NCBI GenBank assembly: GCA_045863335.1
Contig: BTVY01000076.1
Span: 1 to 20,459 of the forward strand
Origin: Candidatus Hydrogenedentota bacterium
GTDB lineage: Bacteria > Hydrogenedentota > Hydrogenedentia > Hydrogenedentales > SLHB01
Reading direction: 5' to 3'
DNA length: 20,459 nt
The notes under the pieces are model-generated. The model did no database searches. It worked only from the letters and a program-made list of their open reading frames with translations, and had not been told where the DNA came from. Numbering within the stretch: position 1 is the first letter of the stretch; every line of letters begins with the position of its first letter. Both the position numbers and the translations under genes were made by a program. Shown here piece by piece: positions 11,354 through 19,850 of this stretch.

Positions 11354-11956
11354 CTATGCGTCTACCGGACCGGAACGATAAACGCCGCTCTCCACGATCA
11401 GGTTCGCTACCGCCGGCGGAACCAGGCCCTCCAACGATTCGCCGTCTGCGATTCGCCGGCGAACTTCGGTGGACGAGATGTCGGTGCGCGCGAATTCCAG
11501 CATGTGGAACCGTCCTTTCACTGCATCCGGAATCTCCCACTCACCCGGGCGGGGGACTACCAGCAACTCGGCCAGATCCAGAATGCGCTTCGGGTGCCGC
11601 CAACGGGGGAGGTCGATCAGCGCATCCATACCGAGCACGAGAAACAGGTCCGCTTCGGGGTACTGCTCGTGCAACTGGCTCAGCGTGTCCGTCGTGTAGG
11701 AGGGACCGGACCGGTCCAGCTCGATGCGGCTCGCTTCCATGTGCGCTTCGCCTTCCAGTGCCGCCTCCACCAGCCGGTAACGGTCCTCCGCGGGGGCGAA
11801 GGTGGCATCGCGCTTGTGCGGCGGTTCACCCGCCACGACAAAGAGTAGCCGGTCCAGTCCTGCCTGCGCGACGGCGGCGCGGCCGATGTCCAGGTGCGCG
11901 TTGTGGATCGGATCGAAGGTGCCGCCGAACACGCCTATGCGTTGCGCATTACGCAA
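11354..11956 (-). CDS. nadD: Nicotinate-nucleotide adenylyltransferase
   Basis: IGVFGGTFDPIHNAH, PPHK, GPSYTTDTL, LGMDAL, ISSTEVR. TTG start overlaps the proA stop. Confidence 0.95.
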   Translation of the reverse strand: MRNAQRIGVFGGTFDPIHNAHLDIGRAAVAQAGLDRLLFVVAGEPPHKRDATFAPAEDRYRLVEAALEGEAHMEASRIELDRSGPSYTTDTLSQLHEQYPEADLFLVLGMDALIDLPRWRHPKRILDLAELLVVPRPGEWEIPDAVKGRFHMLEFARTDISSTEVRRRIADGESLEGLVPPAVANLIVESGVYRSGPVDA

Positions 11957-13226
11957 GGATCTGGCCCGCGCCCCGGATGACGTATTTCAGCGAGGTTAGT
12001 TCCTTCAACGCCATCGGCCCGCGGCAGTGGAGCTTGTTGGTGCTGATGCCGATCTCCGCGCCAAGCCCGAACTGAAATCCATCCGTGAATCGCGTCGATG
12101 CGTTCACGTAGACCGTTGCGCTGTCCACGTCGTTCAAGAACTGCTCCGCGGCATCGTAACCGCGGGTCACGATTGCATCCGAGTGGTGGGAACCGTATTC
12201 GTTGATGTGGCCGATAGCCTCGTCGAGCGAATCCACGACCCGGATCGCCAGGATCTTGTCCAGGTATTCCGTGGACCAGTCCTCCTCCGTTGCCGGGGCG
12301 CACGATACGATCGCCTGGGTGCGCTCGCACCCGCGCAATTCACAGCCGCCTTCTTGAAGCGCCTTGCTGACCGAGGGTAAAAATGCCGCCGCGATGGCGC
12401 TGTGTACCAGCATCGTCTCCATGGCGTTGCACACGCCGGGACGTTGGAGTTTCGCGTTCACGCAGATCGACTGGGCCATTTCCAGATCGGCGTCTTCGTG
12501 CACGTAGGTGTGGCAGACGCCGTCAAGGTGAGCAACCACGGGAATGCGCGACTCGTCGTAAATCCGCGCGATCAACGCCTTCCCGCCGCGCGGCACGATT
12601 ACGTCGATGTACTTGTCCAGCTTCAACATCGCGCCCACGGCGTTGCGGTCGGTTGTCGTGATGATCTGCACTGCGTCCTCGGGTACGCCCGCCGCGGTCG
12701 CGCCCTCCTGAAAAACCTTTGCGATGGCCACATTGGAATGGATGGCCTCAGAACCGCCGCGAAGGATGCACGCGTTGCCGGATTTCAAACAGAGCGCTGC
12801 CGCGTCCGCGGTGACGTTGGGACGGCTCTCATAGATGATGCCCACGACACCAAGAGGCTGGCGAATCTGCGCGATGCGGAGGCCGTTGGGGCGAACCGTC
12901 TGGCTCACAATATCGCCCACCGGATCGGGAAGCGCCGCAACCTGCTCCAGGCCTTCCGCCATGGCGTCGATGCGTTTGTCGGTCAATTCAAGCCGGTCGA
13001 GCATAGCGCCCGACAAACCCTTTTCGCGGCCCGCGGCGAGATCCTTCGTGTTCTCGCTTTTCAGCTCCGCGCGCGCGTTCCGCAGACGGCCGGCGATCTC
13101 GCGCAGCGCCGCGTCCTTCACCGCCGAAGACGTGGAACGAAGCGCCGCGGACGCAGCCCTCGCGCGTTTGCCGATCTGTTGGACCTGTTCCGCGAGTTCC
13201 ATATCCACGGTGTCAATGGTAGCCAC
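11949..13226 (-). CDS. proA: Glutamate-5-semialdehyde dehydrogenase
   Basis: PLGVVGIIYESRPNVT, LRGGSEA, IVPRGGK, RPGVCNAMET, VYVNASTRFTDGFQFGLGAEIGIST; GGGAG RBS before GTG 13226. Confidence 0.96.
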   Translation of the reverse strand: MATIDTVDMELAEQVQQIGKRARAASAALRSTSSAVKDAALREIAGRLRNARAELKSENTKDLAAGREKGLSGAMLDRLELTDKRIDAMAEGLEQVAALPDPVGDIVSQTVRPNGLRIAQIRQPLGVVGIIYESRPNVTADAAALCLKSGNACILRGGSEAIHSNVAIAKVFQEGATAAGVPEDAVQIITTTDRNAVGAMLKLDKYIDVIVPRGGKALIARIYDESRIPVVAHLDGVCHTYVHEDADLEMAQSICVNAKLQRPGVCNAMETMLVHSAIAAAFLPSVSKALQEGGCELRGCERTQAIVSCAPATEEDWSTEYLDKILAIRVVDSLDEAIGHINEYGSHHSDAIVTRGYDAAEQFLNDVDSATVYVNASTRFTDGFQFGLGAEIGISTNKLHCRGPMALKELTSLKYVIRGAGQILA

Positions 13227-13310
13227 GATGTGCGTCTCCCAAACTGCCTGAATCGCTCGAATGCGCGATATCCTGATCGATCGCGAGGATCTTGCGCAAC
13301 GTGATGTTTG

Positions 13311-13330
13311 AAGTCCCCCTTTTGAAGGGG
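13311..13330. repeat. Truncated copy of the 42-bp repeat (first hairpin only)
   Basis: AAGTCCCCCTTTTGAAGGGG, beginning about 40 nt before the full copy at 13350. Confidence 0.8.
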
Positions 13331-13349
13331 CCTCGTGCTCCAGTTGCTT

Positions 13350-13391
13350 AAAGTCCCCCTTTGAAGGGGGATTTAGGGGGATGTTCCCTCA
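13350..13391. repeat. 42-bp REP-like double-hairpin repeat, copy 2
   Basis: AAAGTCCCCCTTTGAAGGGGGATTTAGGGGGATGTTCCCTCA, between proB and proA; identical to 19771-19812. Confidence 0.92.
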
Positions 13392-13430
13392 GTACAAGAA
13401 CTCGACCCCGCGAATTTCGAATTTACTACA

Positions 13431-14549
13431 CTACAGGATCACCAGATTGTCCCGATGAATAACCTCGTCAAAATCCTTGCGACCTAGAATGGACTGAATA
13501 TTCGCGCTTTTGCAACCCTTGATGCGCTGGATGTCATCGCTCGAGTAGTTTACAAGCCCGCGCGCTACATCCTTGCCCGATCCATCGATAATGCGCACCG
13601 CCGCACCCATACCAAACGATCCGTCCACGCCCGTAACGCCCGCGGCGAGCAGACTGCGGCCCTGTTCCAGCAAGGCCCGGCGCGCGCCATCGTCGACATA
13701 GACGATACCTTTCGCAGCGCGGCCGAAGGCGATCCAGCGTTTGCGGTGCGGCATGAGCGCCAGCGACCGGCCGAAGGTGGTGCACGGCACCGTGCCGTCC
13801 AGCACTCCGCGGACGACCCCCTCCCGGCGGCCGTCGGCAATAACCATCACATAGCCTGAGGCACAGGCGATCTTGGCCGCGTCCAGCTTCGTTTTCATTC
13901 CGCCGACAGACGTGGCCACTTCCGTGTCGCCGGCCAGTGCTTCGATTTCCGGCGTGACCGACTCGACGTGAGGAACGAGTTTCGCGTCCTTGTGAACCCT
14001 CGGATTCCGGTCGAACAGGCCGTCCACGTCGCTCAGGATGATTAATACGTCGGCGTCCACCTTACCGGCCACGCGGGCGGACAAGGTGTCGTTGTCGCCG
14101 AAGCGCAGTTCATCGGTCGCCACGGAGTCGTTCTCGTTTACGATAGGGATGACGGAACCCATCGCAAACAGCGTATGAATCGTGTTGCGAATGTTGATGT
14201 ACCGCTGCCGGTCGTCGAGGTCGGCGGCCGAAAGCAGCACCTGCGCGGTATGCAATCCATCGCCGTAGGTCTCGAACATGACTTCGTAGTAGTGCATCAG
14301 GCGCGACTGGCCCACGGCTGCGGTCGCCTGCTTGAGCGGCAGGAGCTTCGGCCGTTCGGTCATGCCGAGCAGATTCATGCCGCAACCAATCGCGCCGGAA
14401 GAAACGAGAAGGATGTTGAGATTCCGTTCCCGCTTGAGCGCGGCAAGTTCCTGCACGATCCGCTCCAGGATGCGGCCGTCGAATCCGGTCGGGCCCGTCA
14501 ACAACGACGTACCGACCTTTACGATGAGCGTCCGAACCTTATCGGGCAC
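13431..14549 (-). CDS. proB: Glutamate 5-kinase with C-terminal PUA domain
   Basis: IVKVGTSLL, VSSGAI, AAVGQ, IVNENDSV, FGDNDTLSA, LSDVDGL, GGMKTK, PUA motif SLLAAGV. Start set at GTG 14549, just after the obgE stop (ORF track extends to 14591). Confidence 0.95.
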   Translation of the reverse strand: MPDKVRTLIVKVGTSLLTGPTGFDGRILERIVQELAALKRERNLNILLVSSGAIGCGMNLLGMTERPKLLPLKQATAAVGQSRLMHYYEVMFETYGDGLHTAQVLLSAADLDDRQRYINIRNTIHTLFAMGSVIPIVNENDSVATDELRFGDNDTLSARVAGKVDADVLIILSDVDGLFDRNPRVHKDAKLVPHVESVTPEIEALAGDTEVATSVGGMKTKLDAAKIACASGYVMVIADGRREGVVRGVLDGTVPCTTFGRSLALMPHRKRWIAFGRAAKGIVYVDDGARRALLEQGRSLLAAGVTGVDGSFGMGAAVRIIDGSGKDVARGLVNYSSDDIQRIKGCKSANIQSILGRKDFDEVIHRDNLVIL

Positions 14550-14550
14550 G

Positions 14551-15804
14551 TTATTCGGCGTGGTACTCAAGTTCCGTTTCCCCAATGACAATCGTGTCGC
14601 CTTCTTTTGCCCCCATACGTTTCAGCGCCTTCAAGAGCCCCATCCGCTGAAATCGCTTATGCAAGTGGCGTATGGCTTCCTCGTTGTCGAAATTCGTCAT
14701 GATCACCGCCCGCTGGACGGCCTTCCCTTCCACTTCAAAACCGACGTCGGTCTTCGATATCTGAAACGGCGCCTCAAATACGAACTCTACATCTTGCTGC
14801 GGCGGTTCTTCTTCAAACTCATTCTGCCGAACGCGGTCCACCGTCGCCCAGAGGAATTCTAGCAACTCGTCGATCCCTTCGCCCGTAGCCCCGGAAATGA
14901 GGAATGGATTCTTGAAATCCTGCGCTACCGTATCAAATCGCGCGCGGTTCTCCGAGACGTCCGCCTTGTTCAACGCGAATACTTTGGGGCGATGGGCAAA
15001 GACGTCGCTGTGCTGCGCCAACTCATTTTCCAGAATCGCCCGCGTCGCGGCCGGATCCTCGTCTCCCAGGTCGATGAGAAAGAGGAGCACCTTCGTGCGC
15101 TCGATGTGGCGCAAGAAATCGTGGCCAAGCCCTTTGCCTTCGGCAGCGCCTTCAATGATTCCGGGAATGTCCGCGATGGTCAGGGTTCGAAAATCACTCA
15201 ATGGCGCAACGCCGAGATTGGGGGAGAGGGTCGTGAAGGGGTAATCGGCAATCTTGGGCCGGGCCGCGGTCACTGCCGCCAGGAAAGTGGACTTGCCTGC
15301 GTTGGGCAAACCGACCAAACCGACCTCCGCGATCACCTTCAATTCGACGACGTACAGGCGGTCCTCGCCGGGCTCCCCTTTTTCCGCAAACCGGGGCGCG
15401 CGGTTTACGGAGGTCACAAAGCGCGCATTGCCGCGTCCGCCGCGACCGCCATTGGCCGCAAGGTATCGCGCGCCATCCTCCGTGAGGTCGGCGACAATTT
15501 CGTCCGTTTCCGCGTCCTTGATCACGCTGCCGGGGGGGACATGGATGAAAACGTCTTCGCCCGTCTTGCCATGGCAGTCGCTGCCCTGGCCGTGGACGCC
15601 GGACGCGCCCTTCCAGTGAGCGTGGTAACGGAGATCGAGGAGGGAGGTGTAGCGCGAGTCAGCGATGAAGTAGACCGAACCGCCGTTGCCGCCGTCGCCC
15701 CCGTTGGGACCGCCACGGGGGACGTACTTCTCGCGCCGGAAGCTGCAACACCCATTGCCGCCCGCACCGCCCGTAACCCGAATTCGTGTGCGATCGACAA
15801 ACAT
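14551..15804 (-). CDS. obgE: GTPase ObgE/CgtA with C-terminal OCT domain
   Basis: MFVD start, Gly-rich Obg fold, GLPNAGKST, YPFTT, DIPG, NKAD, C-terminal GAKEGDTIVIG. Confidence 0.97.
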   Translation of the reverse strand: MFVDRTRIRVTGGAGGNGCCSFRREKYVPRGGPNGGDGGNGGSVYFIADSRYTSLLDLRYHAHWKGASGVHGQGSDCHGKTGEDVFIHVPPGSVIKDAETDEIVADLTEDGARYLAANGGRGGRGNARFVTSVNRAPRFAEKGEPGEDRLYVVELKVIAEVGLVGLPNAGKSTFLAAVTAARPKIADYPFTTLSPNLGVAPLSDFRTLTIADIPGIIEGAAEGKGLGHDFLRHIERTKVLLFLIDLGDEDPAATRAILENELAQHSDVFAHRPKVFALNKADVSENRARFDTVAQDFKNPFLISGATGEGIDELLEFLWATVDRVRQNEFEEEPPQQDVEFVFEAPFQISKTDVGFEVEGKAVQRAVIMTNFDNEEAIRHLHKRFQRMGLLKALKRMGAKEGDTIVIGETELEYHAE

Positions 15805-15828
15805 GATGGGCAGCCGTGGGCCGCAGCG

Positions 15829-16095
15829 CTACTCGGCTGCGGCCGGCTCGACTACATCAACACACTTGCGGTCTTTGCGGGTCTGGCGGAACGAAACGAC
15901 GCCGTCCTTCAACGCAAACAGGGTGTCGTCTTTCCCGATGCCGACGTTGTTGCCCGGGTAAAACTTGGTGCCCCGCTGACGCACGAGGATGTTGCCCGCG
16001 CGCACGGTCTGACCGCCGAATTTCTTGATGCCAAGGCGTTGTGCTGCGCTGTCGCGGCCGTTCCGCGAACTACCGCCCGCTTTCTTGTGAGCCAT
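15829..16095 (-). CDS. rpmA: 50S ribosomal protein L27
   Basis: [16 protein letters not shown]...RLGIK...[10 protein letters not shown]...DDTLFAL. Confidence 0.98.
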   Translation of the reverse strand: MAHKKAGGSSRNGRDSAAQRLGIKKFGGQTVRAGNILVRQRGTKFYPGNNVGIGKDDTLFALKDGVVSFRQTRKDRKCVDVVEPAAAE

Positions 16096-16107
16096 TCGTA
16101 ATCTCCC

Positions 16108-16419
16108 TTACGCCTGAATGTCGCGTACTTTAAGCTGCGTGTAGGACTGACGGTGTCCCTGCGTCCGGATGTAATTCTTGCGGCGCTTCTTCTTGAACAC
16201 GCGGATTTTCTTGGCGCGATCCTGTTCCGTGACCTCGCAGACGACCTTCGCCGACTTCAAGGCATCGGGATCGACGACCAGCGAGTCCTCCTTGGCAAGA
16301 AGACACACGCTCGTCAGCTCGATCGTGTCGCCAACAGGCGCCTCGATCTTCTCCACGCGGACGATGTCGCCCTTGGCGACTTTGATCTGTTTGCCGCCCG
16401 TTGTTACCACTGCGTACAT
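16108..16419 (-). CDS. rplU: 50S ribosomal protein L21
   Basis: MYAVVTTGGKQIKV...KKKRRKNY...GHRQSYT; ATG 16419 follows GGAG. Confidence 0.98.
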   Translation of the reverse strand: MYAVVTTGGKQIKVAKGDIVRVEKIEAPVGDTIELTSVCLLAKEDSLVVDPDALKSAKVVCEVTEQDRAKKIRVFKKKRRKNYIRTQGHRQSYTQLKVRDIQA

Positions 16420-16516
16420 GTTGGATTCTCCATCTCGTCCTGTGCGGCGCGCCCAAGCTGACCGCAACGTTCTGAACCTTTATTCTCTCGCCGCGAAACG
16501 GGGTTTCGCCGCGCGA

Positions 16517-17326
16517 TTAGTGCCGCGTCAAAAACTGGCCCGCGGCCGTCCGCAATTCCGCCACCGCCGACAGGGAAGCCAGGTAACTCGACTTCGCGTT
16601 GCGCGGCGACGGCAGATTCTCGGTAACCGTCTTCAACTGGCCGAAGGCCCCTTCCGCCATAATTTCATGCGAATTCACTGTCGCGTGCGGATCCGCGATG
16701 ACCCGGACAATTGTTTCGTCCGGACCGATTCCCGCCAAACTCAGCGACGCCGCAACGTTCACGTTGTGCGGAAACGCCTTGCAGGCTTCCCGCGCCGTGC
16801 CTTCGAACACGATCTTCGGCTCGGTCAAACTCTCGACGTCGATGCCCTTCTCCACGAGATACGGCGCTCCGGCCAGACCCTTCGGCGGCTTCCGCGTCGT
16901 CAATGTCACGTGGTGCAGGCCTGCCTCCATCGCCGCGCGCACACCGTCCAAACCGCACATGGCGCCCGAAGGCAGCCGGATTTGCACGTTGTTCTTGCGA
17001 GCCGCTTCGAACAACTCCGGATGCTCCATCAATCCGCCCACACTCAGGATCATGCAATCCCGCTTGTGCCGGATTGCCGCGTCTACGACGTCCTTCACCA
17101 CCGAAGGCTGCGCACATTCGACAATCAAATCGGCCGCAGCCGCATTGGCGTCAAGTGCGCAGATTTTTGCATTCAAATTGAACGAGTTCAGCAGCAGCTT
17201 TGCGCGCGACTCGTCGATGTCCGTCAACGCCACAATCTCAGCGGGAATCTGCCCCCGCTGGAGCGCGATACAAAGGTCGGCCCCAATATTGCCGCAGCCC
17301 ACCAGGCCGACTTTCATCTTGGACAT
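16517..17326 (-). CDS. nadX: L-aspartate dehydrogenase
   Basis: Rossmann VGLVGCGNIG, VECA, LSVGGL, PSGAMCGLD, TRKPP, FEGTAREA, FPHNVNVAA, HEI, NAKSSYLA. Confidence 0.9.
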   Translation of the reverse strand: MSKMKVGLVGCGNIGADLCIALQRGQIPAEIVALTDIDESRAKLLLNSFNLNAKICALDANAAAADLIVECAQPSVVKDVVDAAIRHKRDCMILSVGGLMEHPELFEAARKNNVQIRLPSGAMCGLDGVRAAMEAGLHHVTLTTRKPPKGLAGAPYLVEKGIDVESLTEPKIVFEGTAREACKAFPHNVNVAASLSLAGIGPDETIVRVIADPHATVNSHEIMAEGAFGQLKTVTENLPSPRNAKSSYLASLSAVAELRTAAGQFLTRH

Positions 17327-17436
17327 AGGTATCCCGTTACAACAGCCACCTTCAGCGGTTTCGCGCCGGTCTGAACGGGGCTTTTGGTGTTAATCCGTTG
17401 TGCGACACAGCATTTTGCGCACAGGGCGAATAGCGG

Positions 17437-17466
17437 AAGATACCACACGGAGAAAGCGCAAGTCAA
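17437..17466 (-). promoter_or_regulatory. Putative sigma70 promoter (extended -10) upstream of nadX
   Basis: Minus strand TTGACT-N18-TATCTT with TG at -15/-14. Confidence 0.6.
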
Positions 17467-17480
17467 ACTTCTGCGGTGGC

Positions 17481-18944
17481 TTAAGAACCTGCAACACCGG
17501 TCGCTGCTGGAACCGCGTTGCCGATACCGGCTTCAAGCGCGTCCAGGACGTCATCCGCGGTATAGGAAATGGAGCCATTCTTGAGGAAACGGCCTAATGC
17601 CGTCAACCCATCTCCAGCCGTAACCAGGGGAAGCTCCAGATCGCCGGACTTCTGGATCTGGCCAAATCCGGCCGCTGCGGACAACGCATTACACAGACAC
17701 TTCCGCCCCTCGGTGTTCTCCAGGCTGCCGCCTTTCTTGACATAGTCTTCTTGCGGCTCGGCAGAACACCGATGGCCGATGCTTCCATCGGATCGTTTGT
17801 ACACCTGCCGCAGATACCCCAAGTCGCAAATCCGTGTCCGTCCCTTGTACTCGTCGGCTTCGGACAAGCTGCCTGGCACACTGGTGACTTTGAACGGAAA
17901 GCCCGTTGGGGATGCTACGGGATCGGTGAACACCGAAACTTCGCCTGCCGCCACTTTGCGAAGGACTGCTTCCTTGATCTCGGGCGTGAACCCCGATTCC
18001 TCGCAGAAGGCAAATGCCGTTCCGACTTGAACTCCCTGGGCTCCAAGTTCGAGCGCTTCCCGAACCCGTTCGGGCGCGCCGTACGAACCCGCCAGCCAGA
18101 ATGGCAGTCCATGTGCCTTGATTTTTTCCAGGTCAACGGAATCCTTGGGCCCGTAAACGGGCTCGCCGGTTGGACTCAAGGCATCCTTCGCCCGGGGCGG
18201 AGCGTTGTGGCCGCCCGCGGTTGGACCTTCCACAATAAAGCCGTCCACGCGCCCGGTACTCTTCTTGACGAGCGCCACGGCAAGGACCGCGGAAGAAATA
18301 ATGGCAAGAAACTTCGGGCGCTTGAGCGGACCCAACTCGCCCGGAATCAACTTCCGCGGATCGAATTCAGTGGTATGTTCTTCGCCGTGTTCCGCGCCCG
18401 TCACGGGCACCCGGAGCCGGGCGGTCTCATGGTTGGAGAGCCGATCCAGGGCGCCGGGGATTTCCAACGGGATCCCGGCTCCCATGAGCACATAGTCCAC
18501 CCCTGCCAGAATCGCGCCATACAGCGTGGACAGGTTTGGCAGCAAGATTTTCTCAAGCAAATTCAGCCCGACAACGCCGTCATGCCCCTCCTTCGCCAAG
18601 TGCACTTCCGCGAAAGCGGACGTGACGGTCAGTTCGAGGAGGTCGACGGACGGTTTTAACGAGTACATCGAGTGTCGTTTGAACGGAACGCCCGCCGCGA
18701 GGCCGCCGGGGACATACCACTTAGACAGCACGCGCTCGGCAACGGGCGGCCAGGGGAACTGTTCGAGGGCCCGGCGAATGTGACCGCCCACGTCGCCCGC
18801 TTGGAGCCGGCGGCATACCACCGTGGCCAGGGCCGTGCCAGATACGACCCCGAGATGGCCGCGCTTGGAAACCGCGCGCGCCAAGGGCCAATGGGACACG
18901 GCTGCCCCCATCCCGCCTTGAATGATGATCGGAAACGAATCCAA
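17481..18944 (-). CDS. Nitronate monooxygenase/FabK-FabX-like FMN flavoprotein, long Cys-rich form (487 aa)
   Basis: PIIIQGGMG, MGAGIP, IVEGPTAGGH, LAGSYG, GAQGVQVGTAF, SPTGFPF. TTG start follows AAAGGA. Confidence 0.85.
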   Translation of the reverse strand: MDSFPIIIQGGMGAAVSHWPLARAVSKRGHLGVVSGTALATVVCRRLQAGDVGGHIRRALEQFPWPPVAERVLSKWYVPGGLAAGVPFKRHSMYSLKPSVDLLELTVTSAFAEVHLAKEGHDGVVGLNLLEKILLPNLSTLYGAILAGVDYVLMGAGIPLEIPGALDRLSNHETARLRVPVTGAEHGEEHTTEFDPRKLIPGELGPLKRPKFLAIISSAVLAVALVKKSTGRVDGFIVEGPTAGGHNAPPRAKDALSPTGEPVYGPKDSVDLEKIKAHGLPFWLAGSYGAPERVREALELGAQGVQVGTAFAFCEESGFTPEIKEAVLRKVAAGEVSVFTDPVASPTGFPFKVTSVPGSLSEADEYKGRTRICDLGYLRQVYKRSDGSIGHRCSAEPQEDYVKKGGSLENTEGRKCLCNALSAAAGFGQIQKSGDLELPLVTAGDGLTALGRFLKNGSISYTADDVLDALEAGIGNAVPAATGVAGS

Positions 18945-19111
18945 TGGTATCTATCCTTTCCCCCGAGGCCGGAATGCAAGAACAAGTTAGACATTGCCTT
19001 GCATGCTTCGGTTTCAGGTTGCGGTGGCGGGCGAAATGCCCAGTATGTAGCCTAACCTCCCCCCGGAGATATGCAACATTCACCGATCGTCGGCTTCTCG
19101 ACTGTTGTGGA

Positions 19112-19140
19112 ATTATCCTGATACCCCCGCCGGGAGTCAA
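19112..19140 (-). promoter_or_regulatory. Putative sigma70 promoter for the flavoprotein gene
   Basis: Minus strand TTGACT-N17-GATAAT, preceded by an A-tract. Confidence 0.5.
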
Positions 19141-19327
19141 TTTTTCCTGGTCGATGCCGGACCACGAAATGGAACGGGTCGCACTGCGCGGGACTGCCGT
19201 ATTTCTCATCGTTCCGCGACAGGGCTTTCCAACTGATGACATTGGATGCGGTGAGGAATCCGACTAGTCCATATCCACGATTCTGCCGGGTAGATGCGGT
19301 CACGCATCTTTCGTATACTTGCGCCCT

Positions 19328-19696
19328 ATGAAACACCACAATCCACGTTTTGAATCGCTGGTTGATGACGCGCGTGCGCGGGTGCAGGAATGCACCGTCG
19401 AAGATGTATGGGCGCGAATCTCGAAAGGGGAGACTTTCCACCTCATCGACGTTCGGGAAGAGTCCGAGTTCGCGAACGGCCATTTGCCCCGTGCGCGGCA
19501 CCTCGGCAAAGGCATCATCGAGCGGGACGTCGAGACTGAGTACCCGGACACGGCGACTGAATTGGTCCTCTACTGCGGCGGCGGATATCGCTCTGTGCTG
19601 GCGGCGGACAACCTCCGGCGCATGGGCTACACGAATGTCATTTCCATGGACGGCGGTATCCGCGGCTGGACCGAAGCAGGCCACCCCACCGAGTAG
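19328..19696 (+). CDS. Single-domain rhodanese/sulfurtransferase (122 aa)
   Basis: LIDVREESEF, GHLPRARH, active-site loop LYCGGGYRS, MDGGIRGW; start at ATG 19328. Confidence 0.9.
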   Translation: MKHHNPRFESLVDDARARVQECTVEDVWARISKGETFHLIDVREESEFANGHLPRARHLGKGIIERDVETEYPDTATELVLYCGGGYRSVLAADNLRRMGYTNVISMDGGIRGWTEAGHPTE

Positions 19697-19770
19697 CACG
19701 GTCTACAAAGCCAAAGTCGGTATCATAGATATTGCCAACGCGGTGACACATGCTGACCAACGCGGTGCAA

Positions 19771-19812
19771 AAAGTCCCCCTTTGAAGGGGGATTTAGGGG
19801 GATGTTCCCTCA
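19771..19812. repeat. 42-bp REP-like double-hairpin repeat, copy 3
   Basis: Identical to 13350-13391; lies between the convergent rhodanese and G1PDH-like genes. Confidence 0.92.
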
Positions 19813-19850
19813 TTGCCGGCAGCAGATCGAACAAGAAGGAATACAGGGCG

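Noticed and set aside
16493-16509. Hairpin GCGAAAC-GGG-GTTTCGC between nadX and rplU as a terminator or L21 leader
   Set aside because: Only a 7-bp stem with no U-tract on the minus strand; not enough evidence to assign.
6668-19812. The 42-bp repeats as CRISPR repeats or integron attC sites
   Set aside because: Copies are kilobases apart among housekeeping genes, with no spacer array, no RYYYAAC/GTTRRRY ends and no integrase.
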